Shown piece by piece: positions 49,063 to 61,612 of a stretch of 64,000 bases of DNA. Both the position numbers and the translations under genes were made by a program. This DNA comes from Rhodospirillales bacterium (lineage in GTDB: Bacteria; Pseudomonadota; Alphaproteobacteria; Bin95), in contig JAYQLI010000038.1 of assembly GCA_038143065.1 (NCBI GenBank), positions 32,622 to 96,621 on the forward strand, given 5' to 3'. Under the pieces are notes generated by a model. That model had not been told where the DNA came from, did not search any database, and was given only the letters and a program-made list of their open reading frames with translations. Within the stretch, counting starts at the first letter, position 1; the number at the start of each line of letters is the position of its first letter.

Positions 49063-50256
49063 CAAAATCCTAAAATAGCTTTGCTGATGATGGTTTTTGG
49101 ACCTGGTCAGAACCACCATAAATTGATGCTTTTCTGAAGTTAAAGTAGTTCGGTGCCGAACGTTCTACCCACGCAGGGCCTATTCGCGCGTTCTTACATT
49201 CGGCGCCATGAACCCTAGGTATAACCTGATCGCCTGCTAATTCCATGAACATTTCGGTCATAAGTTGCTGGGTCTGGGCGCCCTTGAGTTTAATCACTGA
49301 AGTTGCTGGATCAGGTTCGTCGCTTGAATGTCCTGATTGGATCGCTGAAAGCACGCGCAAAGCAGTCATTTCCATTGCCTTGACTTCGATCTGGGCTTCA
49401 ATAAATCTATCGCGGAAACGTGGGTGATCCCAAAGTGCTTTGCCACGAACCATTCGGGTTTGATATTTCTTTGATCTGTTGCAGTCGCGCTTCCATCAGG
49501 CCAACATGCGCAGCACCCAAACGCTCATGACCCAAGAGAAACTTAGCATAGGTCCAGCCCTTGTTAACTTCACCAATCATGTTCTCAGCGGGTACTTTGA
49601 CCTCTTGCAGAAAGACCTCATTTATTTCGCACGCGCCATCCATGGTTTGGATCGGGCGCAAAGAGATACCTGGGCTTTTCATGTCGATCAAGAGAAAGGA
49701 AATACCCTCCTGCTTTTTGCCTTTGTTGGATGTGCGCACAAGGGTGAACATCCAGTCTGCATGCTGGAGCATAGGTGGTCCAAGTTTTTTGACCGTTCAC
49801 AACCCACTGTTCGCCATCCCAAGTACACTTAGTTTGAAGAGCAGCGAGGTCAGAGCCTGCGCCGGGTTCAGAAAAACCCTGGCACCACCAATCATCTAGG
49901 TTAGCAATGCCTGGCAAAAACCGTTTCTTTTGTGCCTCGCTACCGAATTGAAGGATGACCGGACCGATCATGCTGACATTGAAGTTTAGAGGTTGTGGTG
50001 CGAATAGAGCTTCAGTTTGGTTGTGGAAAATATAGACCTTCGAGGCGGACCAGTCAGTACCACCCCATTCAACAGGCCAGCGTGGTGTAGCCCAACCTCG
50101 CACGTTTAGCTTGCGCTGCCAATCAACGATCATTTCCTTAGTTGGGAAAAAGCCGTTGCGTAAGTGTGTGCGCACTTCGTTATCGAGGTTTTCAGCCACA
50201 AAGTCGCATATTTCCTGGCGGAACGCCTCTTCCTCTTCCGTGAACTTCAGTTCCAT
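49063..50256 (-). CDS. pimC: Pimeloyl-CoA dehydrogenase large subunit-like acyl-CoA dehydrogenase
   Basis: WWCQGFSEPGAGSDLA.L, KQEGISFLLIDM, YFNFRKASIYGGS. Confidence 0.78.
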
Positions 50257-50275
50257 ACTCTAACCTCCTAACAGA

Positions 50276-51933
50276 TTAATGACCCGATTTTGCCGCTTCC
50301 TGGTCTCTGAGAATCTTTCGGCTAGGCTTGCCCACCCCGGTTCGTGGTAGCTCCGAGCGAAACTCCAAATGGCGGGGTATCTCGTGACGCCCGAGCCTGT
50401 CCGCCAAGAACGTGTTCAACTCGTCCAATGTAAATTCGTCTGCTTTGGGTTGGAGTACTACGAAAGCCTTGCACTTTCACCGCGAAAATCGTCGGGAACA
50501 CCGATCACCATCGCCTCAAGAACATCAGGATGCAGATTGATCGCGTTTTCTATCAACTGGGGATACATTGAAGCCTGCGGAGATAATGATTTCTTTCTTG
50601 CGGTCAACTATGTAAAACCAACCATCTTCATCCATGTAGCCAATGTCACCGGTAAGGAAATATCCGCAAGAATTAAAAAGTGCGGCATTCTCTTCGTCGG
50701 TTTTATTCCAATAGCCACTGGTGACGTTCAGCCCCTTGATGACGATTTCACCATGTTCGCCGGGCGCAAGCACGTGTTCGCAATTTTCTACGGCCACGAT
50801 CTTGAGATCGATGCCTGGCATAGGGATGCCGATTGTACCCAGCTTGTCGTCTGGCATATCCACAGGAACTAACGTTCCGGCGGGCGATGTCTCAGTCATC
50901 CCCAACCACCTCTCAATTCCAACCCAGTAAGCTTGCGCATACTGTTATATACAGCGCGCGACAGGGGCGCACCGCCGGAGCCAATATATTTGAGCGACGA
51001 CAAATCGATTTTCTTTGATGCCGGGTACGGCCAAAATTGCAATCCACGACGTAGGTACCCCAGCCATCGAGTTAATTTTTTTTTCAGCGATTTCGTGCAC
51101 TGCCGTTTCTGCATCAAACCGTTGGCGCAAATGGAAACAACAGCCCTCACTTGAACGCCGGATCAGTCCTGATGATGCGCCGAGAATGTGGAACAACGGT
51201 GCAAAGAAAAGAGTGGTTGCCCCCGGTTGATGCGCTGGTTCGCTCTTGGAGTGTTCAAGATACATTTGCTGCGCACAGGCGAGATTGCCATGGGTCAGCA
51301 TGGCCGCCTTAGGAATTCCCGTGGTTCCGCCAGTATATTGAAGAATTGCGAGTTCATCTGGTTGCATTTTAGTGGGTGGCTTAGGTGTTGCTTCACACCC
51401 GTTTAGCAATTCCTCGATCGGTTTTGCGCCGTCAATGATCGGACAATCTCGCCCATTTGCTGAAAAGTCATCGTGGCACAGGAATAGCGGGGGGCATTGA
51501 CCCTCATCCATTAGAGATCTAAATTTTTGGCAAAATTCTGGGCTGCTTAGGGAGATGATGATCTTTGCCCCACAGTCTTCAAGCTTGAATTTTAGTTCAT
51601 TTACCGCGTCCATAGGGCTGAGGTGGACAACAGTTCCACCCATCCACAAGATGCCGAAAAAGAAGATAGGGTGCCATGGACAGTTGGGCAAATGCAGTGC
51701 GACCCGATCGCCTTTTTTGATACCAATCGCACAAAAAGCGGCTGCGGCCTGGGCGATCAGGCCATGCATCTCGCGATAAGTGAAACTTTGCCCGTAATAC
51801 TCTATCATCGTGAGGTCGCAATGTCGCAGATATGCTTCGTGCAGGATCCCGTGACGCTTTGGGGCACTGGTGTGAAATCAGGATCGGTACCTTCGGGGTA
51901 CCATTTGTACCAAGGGCGAGTTTCGGTAGGCAT
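50276..51933 (-). CDS. pimA: Dicarboxylate--CoA ligase
   Basis: LPNCPWHP..FFG, LQYTGGTTGIPKAAMLTHGNL, GWGMTETSP, FLTGDIG, VDRKK. Confidence 0.75.
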
Positions 51934-51934
51934 C

Positions 51935-54017
51935 AATTGCTTTCCTCGCCGAACCAGGACGAAAAGGTTGTGCCTTTTTCGGCAAGTTTCAAAAGCAAGG
52001 TGCTGGCAGAAGCGTATCATCGCCGGTGATTCTCGCGTAGTACTTTAGCTTCTGAGGGAGTGTGTCCAGACCGACCATGTCAGCATAGAACATTGGTCCA
52101 CCCTTAGCGACTGAAATCCGTAGCCATAGATATAAATTAAATCGATGTCAGAGCGCGCGGCCACGCCTTCATCCAGAATACGCGCTCCTTCATTGATCAA
52201 CGAAAGCACTAGCCGCTCTGTGATTTCCTCGTCTGAGATTTCACGTCGTTTGACGCCCTCTTTTTGGGCTACCTCTGCAATCAGAATGTCGATGGCGGGA
52301 TCCGGGATCGGAGTGCGAGACCCTTTGTCATATAGGAAATACCCGGCACCCGTTTTCTGGCCATACCTCCCAAGTTCTGTAATTGCGTCAGCGACAGGTG
52401 AACGGCGGCCAGCTTCGCGCCGCGCCGCATAGCCGATATCGAGACCCGCCAAATCACTTACCGCGCAAGGTCCCATTGCAAAACCAAAGTCCTGTGCAGC
52501 TTTGTCTAGGCGTTTCGGCGAGACACCGCTCTGCAACAACGCCTCGACCTGACGGGCGCGGGTATAAAGCATTCGATTACCTACGAAGCCGTTACATACA
52601 CCTACTGTGACTGGTATCTTCCCGGCCCTTTTGCCGACTGCATTTGCGGTGAGCAGCACGTCGGGCGCAGTCCTTGCGCAGCGGATGTTTTCAAGAAGTC
52701 TCATAACGTTAGCTGGCGAAAAGAAGTGCATGCCCATTACGTTTTGAGGCCGTGTAGTGACATTAGCGATCTCGTTAATATCAAGTGTCGACGTGTTCGA
52801 CGCCAAAACTGCGCACGGGTTGGCGACCTTATCTAGTTCTGCGAAAATCTTCTTTTTGAGGTCCAGTTTCTCGAAAACGGCTTCGATGACCATGTCAACA
52901 TCGGCCGTCGCAGTCAAAGACGTAGCACCTTTTAAGGCGCCCAGAGCTGCGTCGACCTCTGCTGTAGTTAAATCACCCCGAGATTGCGTCTTTTGAAATT
53001 GTTCCTAATTCTCTCCAAGCCCAATTTCAAATTATCTGGATTTATGTCGATCAGCGTCACTCGGAAGCCGTTAATTGTCAGACACATAGCGATTCCACTG
53101 CCCATCGTTCCGGCTCCGATCACGGCAATACGTTTTACGTCTCTTGGCTTTACTTCCTTGCCAAGACCAGGCACTTTCAGCGCCTTTCTTTCAGCGAAGA
53201 ATAGGTGACGTTGCGCCTTACTTTCTGATCCATTAAGCAACCGCATAAAAGCATGGCGCTCGCGCTGCGAGGCTTCTATGAAGGATAGCTCGAACGTATC
53301 ACGAATGGCTTGAACACAGGCCTTTGGGGCCTCCAGTCCACGGTTGCGTTTCAGCAGCCTAGCTGCGTCATTCTCAAATGCTCTCCTGTCCTTAGCATCA
53401 ATCATGGAATTGTCTTGGCTTAATCGGCGAATTGGCTTGTTCAGGAAATTCCTTGCAAATGCGATGTCGCCGTTATTGACCTCATCGCCAATAATTTGGT
53501 CCAGCAGACCTAGTTTCAAGGCACTTTTCAGCATCAATGGGAGGTCGCCTTCAACAATCAGCTCAAGCGCAGCAATGGGACCAATTAGTCTTGGCAATCG
53601 CTGAGTTCCACCCGCGCCTGGCAAAAGCCCCAACTTTACTTCAGGCAGCCCTAGTTTAGCCTTTACGGAACCAACACGGTAGTGACATCCTAGTGCCAGT
53701 TCCATCCCACCACCGAGCGCCGCACCGTCGATCGCAGCGATAATAGGCTTTTCTGACGCTTCGACCGCGTTGATGAGTTCCCTGAGGGTCGGTTTAGCAG
53801 ATTCAATTCCAAATTCATTGATGTCCGCTCCGCCGCTGAAAAAGCGGCCTTTGCCCTTTAGAACGATCGCTTTGATTGAAGTGTCTGCAATTAGTTCCTG
53901 CAATTTGGAAAATATCCCAGTGCGAACTGAGGCTCCCAACGCATTAACTGGCGGATAGTGGAATTCTATGAGGGCGATATCACCGTGTTTGAGAGTGGAT
54001 ACGTTACGAAAACTCAC
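51935..54017 (-). CDS. pimF: Enoyl-CoA hydratase / 3-hydroxyacyl-CoA dehydrogenase fusion
   Basis: PPVNALG, GGGMELALGCHYR, VIGAGTMGSGIA, VIEAVFE, ASNTSTL, GMHFFSPANVM. Confidence 0.8.
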
Positions 54018-54983
54018 GGAAGAACCTCTTTTAATAAGCTTTAAGAGAATTTGATCTGCACACTCGGTACGTTAATCCAAACCTTCGATTTACTAACTTA
54101 CGTTAGGCTAACAAAAGTGTGGCATAAGCCCATGTGCTTGATCATTCACTCTTTTCGAACAAAGTTACACAGAACCCAAGACTTAAGGGGCGAAGGTGAA
54201 GACAAAGTGATACGTTTTACGATAGTTTCTTTTTTAATTACGATTAGAACCAAAGTTCGCGTACCCCATGACAACAAGAACAGATTAAACCCTACGAGCT
54301 TCGCATGACAGTGATCAGAATTCACAATTGGATGAGCTATGGTTATATGTATGTGACCGATTGTTGAACCCAGCCTAAGGTAACCTTTCAAGGTTAGAAT
54401 TAGACTTCCGTTTAAACGTGCCCAGTTTGCCTGCGTATGATCTATAGAGCATAATGGGTTTCACGAGTGGCAACCATTACCGCACGCTGTTAATTATTTG
54501 TGGGTGCGAATTACTATATTCCTTGCTACTCTAGAATTACGTAGCCGTTCTCTGTATGTGCTTGGTAGGTGCGCCAATAAAAGTTATGCAGACTAACTTG
54601 GTTTTAGCCGAGTTGGTTCACGCAAAAGATTTAAGTAACGCCATATACAAAACCAATACGAAAACTGTACACGTTCGCTGGCAAAAAAATTAGGCCAGCG
54701 AAGAAAATCATTGGGAGCTAATCTACTGGCCTAACGTGAGTAGACGTGTGTCCAACGATTAATTAGCAACTCGCTGGCCAAACACACGCGCTAAAAAATG
54801 ACACTTTAGCAAAATCCGTTAACATTGACACTTATTATTGGAATCTAAAGGCTCTTTTTGATGACACACATAATTTTATGGTGATTTTGCTAGAGGCTAA
54901 TTGTAAAGTTTCTCATGCGTAGACGTTGATTTGAATTTTGATTTTTGGTTTCTATCAATGAGAATTAGTTTTGGAGAAAGCAT

Positions 54984-55972
54984 GTGAGCAAAGCCCACGT
55001 CATAAATGAGTTTGGATCACCAGAGGTTATGCAATGGAGGGACTGGCATGTTCCTGATCCGTCACCTGGCGAAGTTCGTCTTAGACATACAGCGATTGGA
55101 GTCAACTTTGCTGATACTTATCACCGTGGCGGAATTTCTCATCCTTGGAAGGTAGATAAACCCCCCGTTGTGATAGGATTCGAAGGTGTGGGTATAGTAG
55201 ACGGAGTAGGTGAAGGTGTCACAAATTTCCAAAACAGGAGATAAAGTTGCTTATGGTATCCCACCCCTAGGTAGTTATGCAGAAACTCGGAACTACCCCG
55301 CAGATAAGCTTTGCATATGCCTGATGGTTTAGAAGACAAGCAAGTGGCTGCGCTTCTTATGAAAGGAATGACAGCACATTATTTGTTACATCGGACATAT
55401 GCAGTGCAACCTGGTGATACTATTGTCGTACATGCTGCTGCTGGTGGTATGGGTTTGATTTTATGTCAATGGGCCAAAGCATTGGGAGCTACGATTGTTG
55501 GTACAGTATCAACGCATGAAAAGGCTGAGGCAGCAAGAGCTGCTGGGTGCCATCACGCTGTAGTGCGTTCTGAGCAAAATTTTGTTGATGTTGTTCGGGA
55601 AGTGACTGACGGGAAGGCGCTGCGGTTGTTTACGAAGCAATTGGAAAAGACACTCTAAGTGATAGTCTGGATAGCCTGTAGAATGATGGGTGTTTGCGCG
55701 GCTTATGGGCATGTTTCTGGACCACCTGATCCCATTGACATAATTCAGGATTTGGGACGCCGAGGTTCACTCTTCATTACCCGGCCGGCTATCATGCACT
55801 ATGTTGCGAAACGATCCGATTTAGAATGGACAGCACGTGATTTTATTTCAGGCCATCGGTGATGGTATTTTGGATGCAAATATCAATTACGAATATGCAT
55901 TAAAAGACGCGATGAGCGCATTCTGCGATTGAAGGTCTGGGACAACGCTCGGTGCGAGCACTGATACCATAG
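54984..55972 (+). CDS. qor: NADPH:quinone oxidoreductase (zeta-crystallin/MDR)
   Basis: AIGVNFAD.Y.R.G, KGMTAHYLL..TY.VQPGD..VHAAAGGMG, GSLF.TRP. Confidence 0.85.
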
Positions 55973-56044
55973 GTGAACATCTGGCTACACCAGTGGCAAT
56001 CACTCCGATGTTTGTAAGCGCTATTTGGCGAGTCCTGCTCTTTT

Positions 56045-56387
56045 TCAATTTGGATACCATTTAGCGCGAAAGCCATCTTCACTATTCGACCACTGTCTTC
56101 GCCGTATCCATCCGAGCTGGAGAGCAGCAGCTAGCTCTCCCACGTGAGGCATGCCACCTTTTCGACCTTTCATGCGCACTTGCAGCTCGAGCAGGCGGAG
56201 CCCTTGTTGTTGCGATACGACTGGTATCGCATCCACTTTTTTTTGAAGCCTTACGTGTAGCGGCGCGAGTGTTTGCGTTTCTGATGCGTCCGATGTTACG
56301 TGATCGGGCTGGCGTGTCTGATACGACATCAATGCAGATAAAAGCCCGTCCCTGAACTGTTCGTTATCTCTCGAATATTTCGTCCAT
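56045..56387 (-). CDS. Hypothetical protein of the satellite-like backbone
   Basis: GGAGG RBS, then MDEIFE...LQVRMKGRKGGMPHVGELAAAL..LGWIRRRQW..FRAKWYP. Same strand as, and downstream of, the primase. Confidence 0.55.
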
Positions 56388-56807
56388 TTTCACCTCCTGT
56401 TGTGATCACTCGGTGTGGCTTTAATTTGTTCGTCGCGTTGCTGTTATAATATAACAAAATCGATGCGATGTATCGTCTATCTGTTGTGACACAAAAAATA
56501 TTATCCCGAATTCAATGGCGAAGCTGGAGATGGCGCATCGCTAAAGCGCAACTCCCGATATGTGGCAAATCGCCTTCACGGCCTCTTAGGCAGGATTGCA
56601 GGTCTAGCAGGCTCAGGCCCTTGTGCTGTTCGCTGGTGTCTGGGAGAGCTGTAGGCGCATGTGCGTAGGTTTCAGGGACGCTGTGTCGTTTTCCTGTGTC
56701 TCGGTCTGCTCCACTAGGCATTGCTGCAATTGTGCGATGAGGCCCTCTGCGAAGTTGTCAGTCATGATCCGCACCTCCTGTGGTGATTAAGGGGCACTCG
56801 CCCAAGT

Positions 56808-57046
56808 GTTTCGGTCCAGTTTCCGGGACCCGGTCCCCCGTAGGGGTGGAAAGTCCGGAAACTGGAAACTCTCAATGTTTTCAATAAGTTGTGAGGTGAA
56901 TATTTAGGTTTCCGGCGGCAATTTGAAGCAGACGAAACTGCACATTGCACCAAGCTTGTCATTGAAAAGTGAAGTTTCCAGTTTCCGAACCGAAAGCCGG
57001 AAAGTGGAAACAGGCGCTGAGAGCGTAAACCTTAGGCATCGGAAAC
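56808..57046. other. Putative replication origin (GGAAAC iterons)
   Basis: Eight exact GGAAAC/GTTTCC copies in ~230 bp, a perfect 15 bp inverted repeat (56856-56870 / 56973-56987) and an IHF-like TTCAATAAGTTG, directly downstream of the primase-helicase. Confidence 0.7.
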
Positions 57047-57109
57047 CGCCTTTCGGTGGAGCATCAGCCGTTCCTAAGGGGCGGGCAGCTTATCCAAATC
57101 TCGTATCCC

Positions 57110-59343
57110 CTAACGGGGATGGGGACCGTCACTCTCTTGCGGCAACAGCGCAATATTGTTCCCAGCAACTGAAGTGCCTACGCCGTGTTCATTCATATAC
57201 CGACCTTTGACATCAGCCCAAGGCACTTGGTCCACTATTCCAGAAAACAGATTTGAGGCAGCCATTGCCATCGTCTCAGGGGTCCACTTTTTGCGTCCGT
57301 TTTGAGCCTGCGCAAACCGTGCGTCCAAGTTTACAGGTACAGGTACCCCAACACCGTCTCGGTTTGCAAGTATGACTGGCTCAATCCTGAACCAGTTTGC
57401 CTTACTGTCATGCGGAGCAAAGTTCATCTTGCCCACATCCATGCGAATATAATCCCTGACGGAGAATCAGGATGTCGCCTTTCTGCAGTCTTTTTGCCCA
57501 TTCGAGCGATGGTAACAGCTGATAGCTCACTCCTTAATCGATGAATCCCCCGCGCCCCGATTCACATCCCCAGCATGAGCCTCAGTGTCCCCACCAATCT
57601 TTTTGGTATGGTGGGCAATATTAATCGCAATACCGTGATTTCCAGCAAGCCTTTTAAAAATGCTGACAATTTGATCCATTGCATTGTTGTCATTTTCAGG
57701 CGCTGTATGTGTTGAGATGAACGGATCAACGAACAAAGCTTCAATTTTCCTCTCTGCTATAAAAGTCTCAATTTTATCAAGATCAGGCCCACGCGATACG
57801 CGATTATCAACGTGGTAAGCAAAGCGGATAGGTCGTAAATAGCCACTGATCGTGTAAAGACTTCCCTCGAGTTCAGCCGGATCAATGGCGATTGAACGTT
57901 CGCCTTGACACACGCCGTTGTACAATTCATTTTCGGTCATCCTTCATTATTGACGAGCAACACATTGCATCTACGGACCGGTCCGAGTCTTAACAAGTCG
58001 CGACCAGTGGCAACGCTCACCGCAGCTATAAGTTGTAACATTGATTTAGCAACGCCACCGGGACCAACAATCAAGCTTATGTTCCCTCCAGAAGGAGCCT
58101 TGGAATTATCCAGTCTCTCTTGGGAATGGATTTTACATCCTCCAAAAGCTGACTGTGATAGGTCATCAGATCAAAGTCGCCATGAAGATCATTTTCGGAT
58201 TTCGCTTGGCCTTGATTCAATGCGGTTGAAGCTTTTAGATCGCCAAAGTCTTGACCAGGATTGTCAAATTCACGCGGGGACTTTGTTTCTCCCAAAATGG
58301 CGTCAATATTTGCGTTTGCGGAGGGGACGTCCCAACCGTAATCCTCGGCCATAAGAAAGATTTTCTCATGCGAAGTTATGGTCGGTGTAAAGCTTTCCCA
58401 GCTAGCCTCAGCATCATCTAAATCAAACTTTTCGGACTTTTTACTCCACTCTAGCCAAGCCCGCTTTGCTTCATCTCCTCCATCATCGTCCAGCGTTTTT
58501 GCAGCGTGCCCAAGTTTGATCCACAACTTTCGGTCATCGCTAGGAATAGCGTCAAAAGCAGACTTAATCTGAGCAAGTAGAAATGGTGTTTTCAATATTT
58601 GTGTGGCCGTTGCAAAGGGATTTTCTGAAGGATTGCCAGAGCGACAAGCCGAGATATGCGCGGTGACGTCACCCAAATTCGCTACAAGATTCCCTCCGAG
58701 AAGTGTGAAGCTCTACTGTGACCGGAAGGTTTCACACGCGTGTTGCTATCCGGCTCTTTGACAAGATTTCATCAACTTTTAGAGGCGCTCGCGCAGAAAT
58801 TTCCACGATCTTGCTCCTTTCAACGGGTTGTAGTTCGGTTGTTCTGGGCGATATACGGACGCGTCAAATTTGATTGCACTGTTGCTAAATTCCGTTTCGA
58901 TCTTGGTCTCGATCAGCGCCTGAAACGAGTCTCCCAGTTTGATGCGTTCATCCCGACTTACTTCACGATCAAGTTGGATTATCAAACGCATGCAGGGGCA
59001 CTTCAGGAGTGCTGGAGGCAGTTTCATAAGCATAGGCGCAATATTGCCCAATTTCGCGATGAACCGACTGCTGAACTTTCTCCCCCTCCATGTAGTCGAT
59101 ATCCATCGAAAGGAACGCGCAGGGCTCAGCATGGTTGGCTAGCTTGTAATTGGCATCACGCGGGTATTTCTCGGTATCGTTGTGGGGGCCAAAGGCCATT
59201 GGACCACAAACGTATAGCTCCTTTTTGCGGCCGCGGTTGGTTTCCAAGTGCTCTACTAAACCGCCGAAATCATCCACAACCAGTTGCTTGGGAGTGTTAT
59301 CGTATTTGTTGCGCCCTGCAGAAAAACGAATAAGGGTGCTCAT
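57110..59343 (-). CDS. Primase-helicase fusion: AEP-like N-terminus + PriCT-2 + AAA_25 (RepA-like) helicase, frameshifted
   Basis: MDID..YETASSTPE.P.MRLII.LDREV, FDASV; IPSDDRKLWIKLG.A..W.EWS.KSEKFD (PriCT-2); IVGPGGVAKS Walker A; FVDPF..ENDN..M..HHTKK. Confidence 0.85.
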
Positions 59344-59346
59344 TGT

Positions 59347-59631
59347 TTACTCTGCAGCCAGTTTGCCGACCAAATCGATATCCTCTGCCGACCAAACCTG
59401 AACGTCCCCCCAACTTGTTTGGAGCTGGAAAGTTCCCTGCCGAAATCATGCGGTACATAGTCGACTTGCTTATGGGAACCAATCGAGCACCATTTGGATC
59501 TTTTTCAGTTAGGAGACTTGAGGTCTTGATCGTCATCCAGCGTTTGAAACGTGAATTGTTTCTCTGGGTCCAAGAGTTGGAGAGAGCGCTTGGCCGGTTT
59601 AAGTCTGGGATCATTGGCGCGTTTTTGACAT
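59347..59631 (-). CDS. AlpA-family regulator/excisionase (second)
   Basis: LVPISKSTMYRMISAGNFPAPNKLGGRS..W. Confidence 0.8.
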
Positions 59632-59728
59632 GCTGTCGTTACTTTGTCGTTCCTTGAGAGGCAACACAAATTTAGGCCGACAGACGACGTCAAACTTGGT
59701 TACTGAATGTTCTTGTTTCTGTTAGGGC

Positions 59729-59963
59729 TTAGTTGCCGTTGAGATACGCGCGGACATCTCCAACGCGCCATCGGCTTGGAGTCTTGCCTATACGCAGGGG
59801 CTTCACGAAGTAGCCCAGTTGTATGTCACGGTAGATTGAAGATCGACTTCGTGATGCGAGTGGAGCTTACCATTTTTAGGTCAACCAGAGCGTTATTTGG
59901 AAGTGCCTCAAAAGTTTGAATACAATCCAATTGCACACCCAATTTATTTAGGTTTTGGTCCAT
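59729..59963 (-). CDS. AlpA-family regulator/excisionase (first; not in ORF track)
   Basis: Hand translation across frameshifts: MDQN..FEALPNNALVDLKMVS..SRSRSSIYRDIQ.G.FVKPLRIG..SRWRVGDVRAYL. GGAGG RBS. Confidence 0.7.
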
Positions 59964-60097
59964 TTTCATGGCCTCCAAGTTATTTCAACTGTGGTAAAGC
60001 AACATAACTAAGCTCCAGCAAATCTGGTCAGCTTGGCTACTTCCGAGACCGGTAGAAATGGGTATGCAACAAAGCGCCCATGCATGTGCCTGTCTTG

Positions 60098-60127
60098 AGT
60101 GTGTCAGATAGACCCATTGCATGTCAA
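60098..60127 (-). promoter_or_regulatory. Putative sigma70 promoter for the alpA-alpA-primase operon
   Basis: TTGACA-N18-CACACT, conserved with 65-94. Confidence 0.45.
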
Positions 60128-60203
60128 TATGATGTATATAAAATTTTTGGACTACTAAATATTGTCACTTAGACGGACGTTTACGATAAAAACTGTCGCT
60201 TTA

Positions 60204-61432
60204 TTAAGATGAACGTATTTGGATTACAGCTCTGGCATCGGAGGCCCGTTCGCAATATTCTGCCCAAGCAGCCATTAATCTCCGCCGTTTTTCCATAAGC
60301 GTTCCTCTTGCATATGCAGCTTCGGCCTTATCCTTGAGTTGATGCGCGAGCGCATGCTCGATGACCTCTCTTGGGAACGCTGTCGTTTCACCCGCCCAGT
60401 CTCGGAAAGTGCTTCTAAAGCCATGAGTCGTGACTGGCACTTCCATGCGCTTCAGAACTGCACCGGGAGTGTCATGTCTGACAAAACCCCACCTCGCACT
60501 GCTTTAAACACGATTTCATCACCTTGGCCCTTTGGGATTTCCGTAAGAATTTCGACCGCGCGATCTGATAGCGGGACGCGATGCTCTTTACGCGCTTTCA
60601 TACGTTCTGCGGGAATTACCCATTCACGCTTTTTCAGATCAAATTCTTGCCACGTCGCTCCACGAACTTCTCCTGATCGTGCCGATGTCAGAATGAGGAA
60701 CTCTAGAGCAATTGCCGCTATACCGTTGCGTGCTCGCAGTTGCTTAATAAAGTCAGCTATCTCAGGGTAGGGCAGAGCTGGGTGGTGTTTCACGACGCGG
60801 ATCTTTGAAATGGAAGGTAGCACGTTTTCTAAATTACACTGCCATCGTGCAGGGTTATCGCCATCTCGGTGTCCATGTACCTTAGCCCAGTCTAAAACCT
60901 TTTCTATCCGGCCGCGTGTGCGTTTAGCCGTCTCGGGCGTCTTGTGCCAAATAGGCTTAAGAACCTCCAAGACATGGGCCAATTCGATGTCGTCCACTGC
61001 GAGATTACCCAAGACTGGCAGAGCATGGATTCGAAGAGTATTTTCCCATTGTTGCCGATGTTTGGCATTGCCCCATTCGGATTGCTTGTCTTCCAGAAAC
61101 TGACGACAGGCATCCACAAAAAGTAGGCGCCTTCGTTGCGCTGCTCTCAATTCATCGTTACGGACTTTGCGTTCCTGTATCGGATCGATCCCAGCTGCGA
61201 TCTTGCTTCGTAGTTGCCGAGCAGCTTCGCGCGCCATTGCCAGCGTAACTCCTGGATAACCACCTAAGCCGATATCTCTAACCTTATCGGCGATCTTAAC
61301 CCGCAAGATCCAAGAGCTTGCTCGCCCTCGGATTTGTAATCCAAGTCCTGGAACCACGCCGACAGCTTTAAATCCAGTTTTGTTAAGGCGCGAAACTTCA
61401 AGCGCAGACAGTTCTTTTGCGATCTTTGGCAT
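60204..61432 (-). CDS. P4-type tyrosine integrase, copy 2; apparent frameshift near 60465
   Basis: ORFs 60452..61432 plus 60204..60446. Same motifs as copy 1; about 20 substitutions in ~320 aa by hand count. Confidence 0.95.
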
Positions 61433-61599
61433 TACCCAATATCCTACCCATTATAAAGATTGAGATTAGCTGAGACGCCGTGGTGCAGTATGTGACAGAT
61501 TATCTGAAATATAACACTTAGTAACAGATACTTAAAGGCTAAACAAAGTGTTCATATGACTACATATGTTTACATATACTCAACGTTAGATGCAGGGGA

Positions 61600-61612
61600 C
61601 ACCTCTCCGCCA
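61600..61612 (+). mobile_element. att core: tRNA-Ser-like 3' end fragment (CACCTCTCCGCCA)
   Basis: Same context as 1573 (TTAGATGCAGGGGAC ACCTC(C)TCCGCCA). Similarity to the 1-1586 block stops essentially here. Confidence 0.8.

Noticed and set aside
54146-54391. Possible regulator gene between pimF and qor
   Set aside because: The short ORFs have no recognisable HTH or other motif; left unannotated.
56808-57046. CRISPR-like array
   Set aside because: The repeats are 6-7 bp, in both orientations and irregularly spaced, and there are no cas genes in the window.
60035-61612. Assembly duplication of 1-1586
   Set aside because: The many synonymous and conservative substitutions (e.g. EIEAFIKRLRERKG vs EIADFIKQLRARNG) are not the indel-type error pattern, so these are true paralogs.
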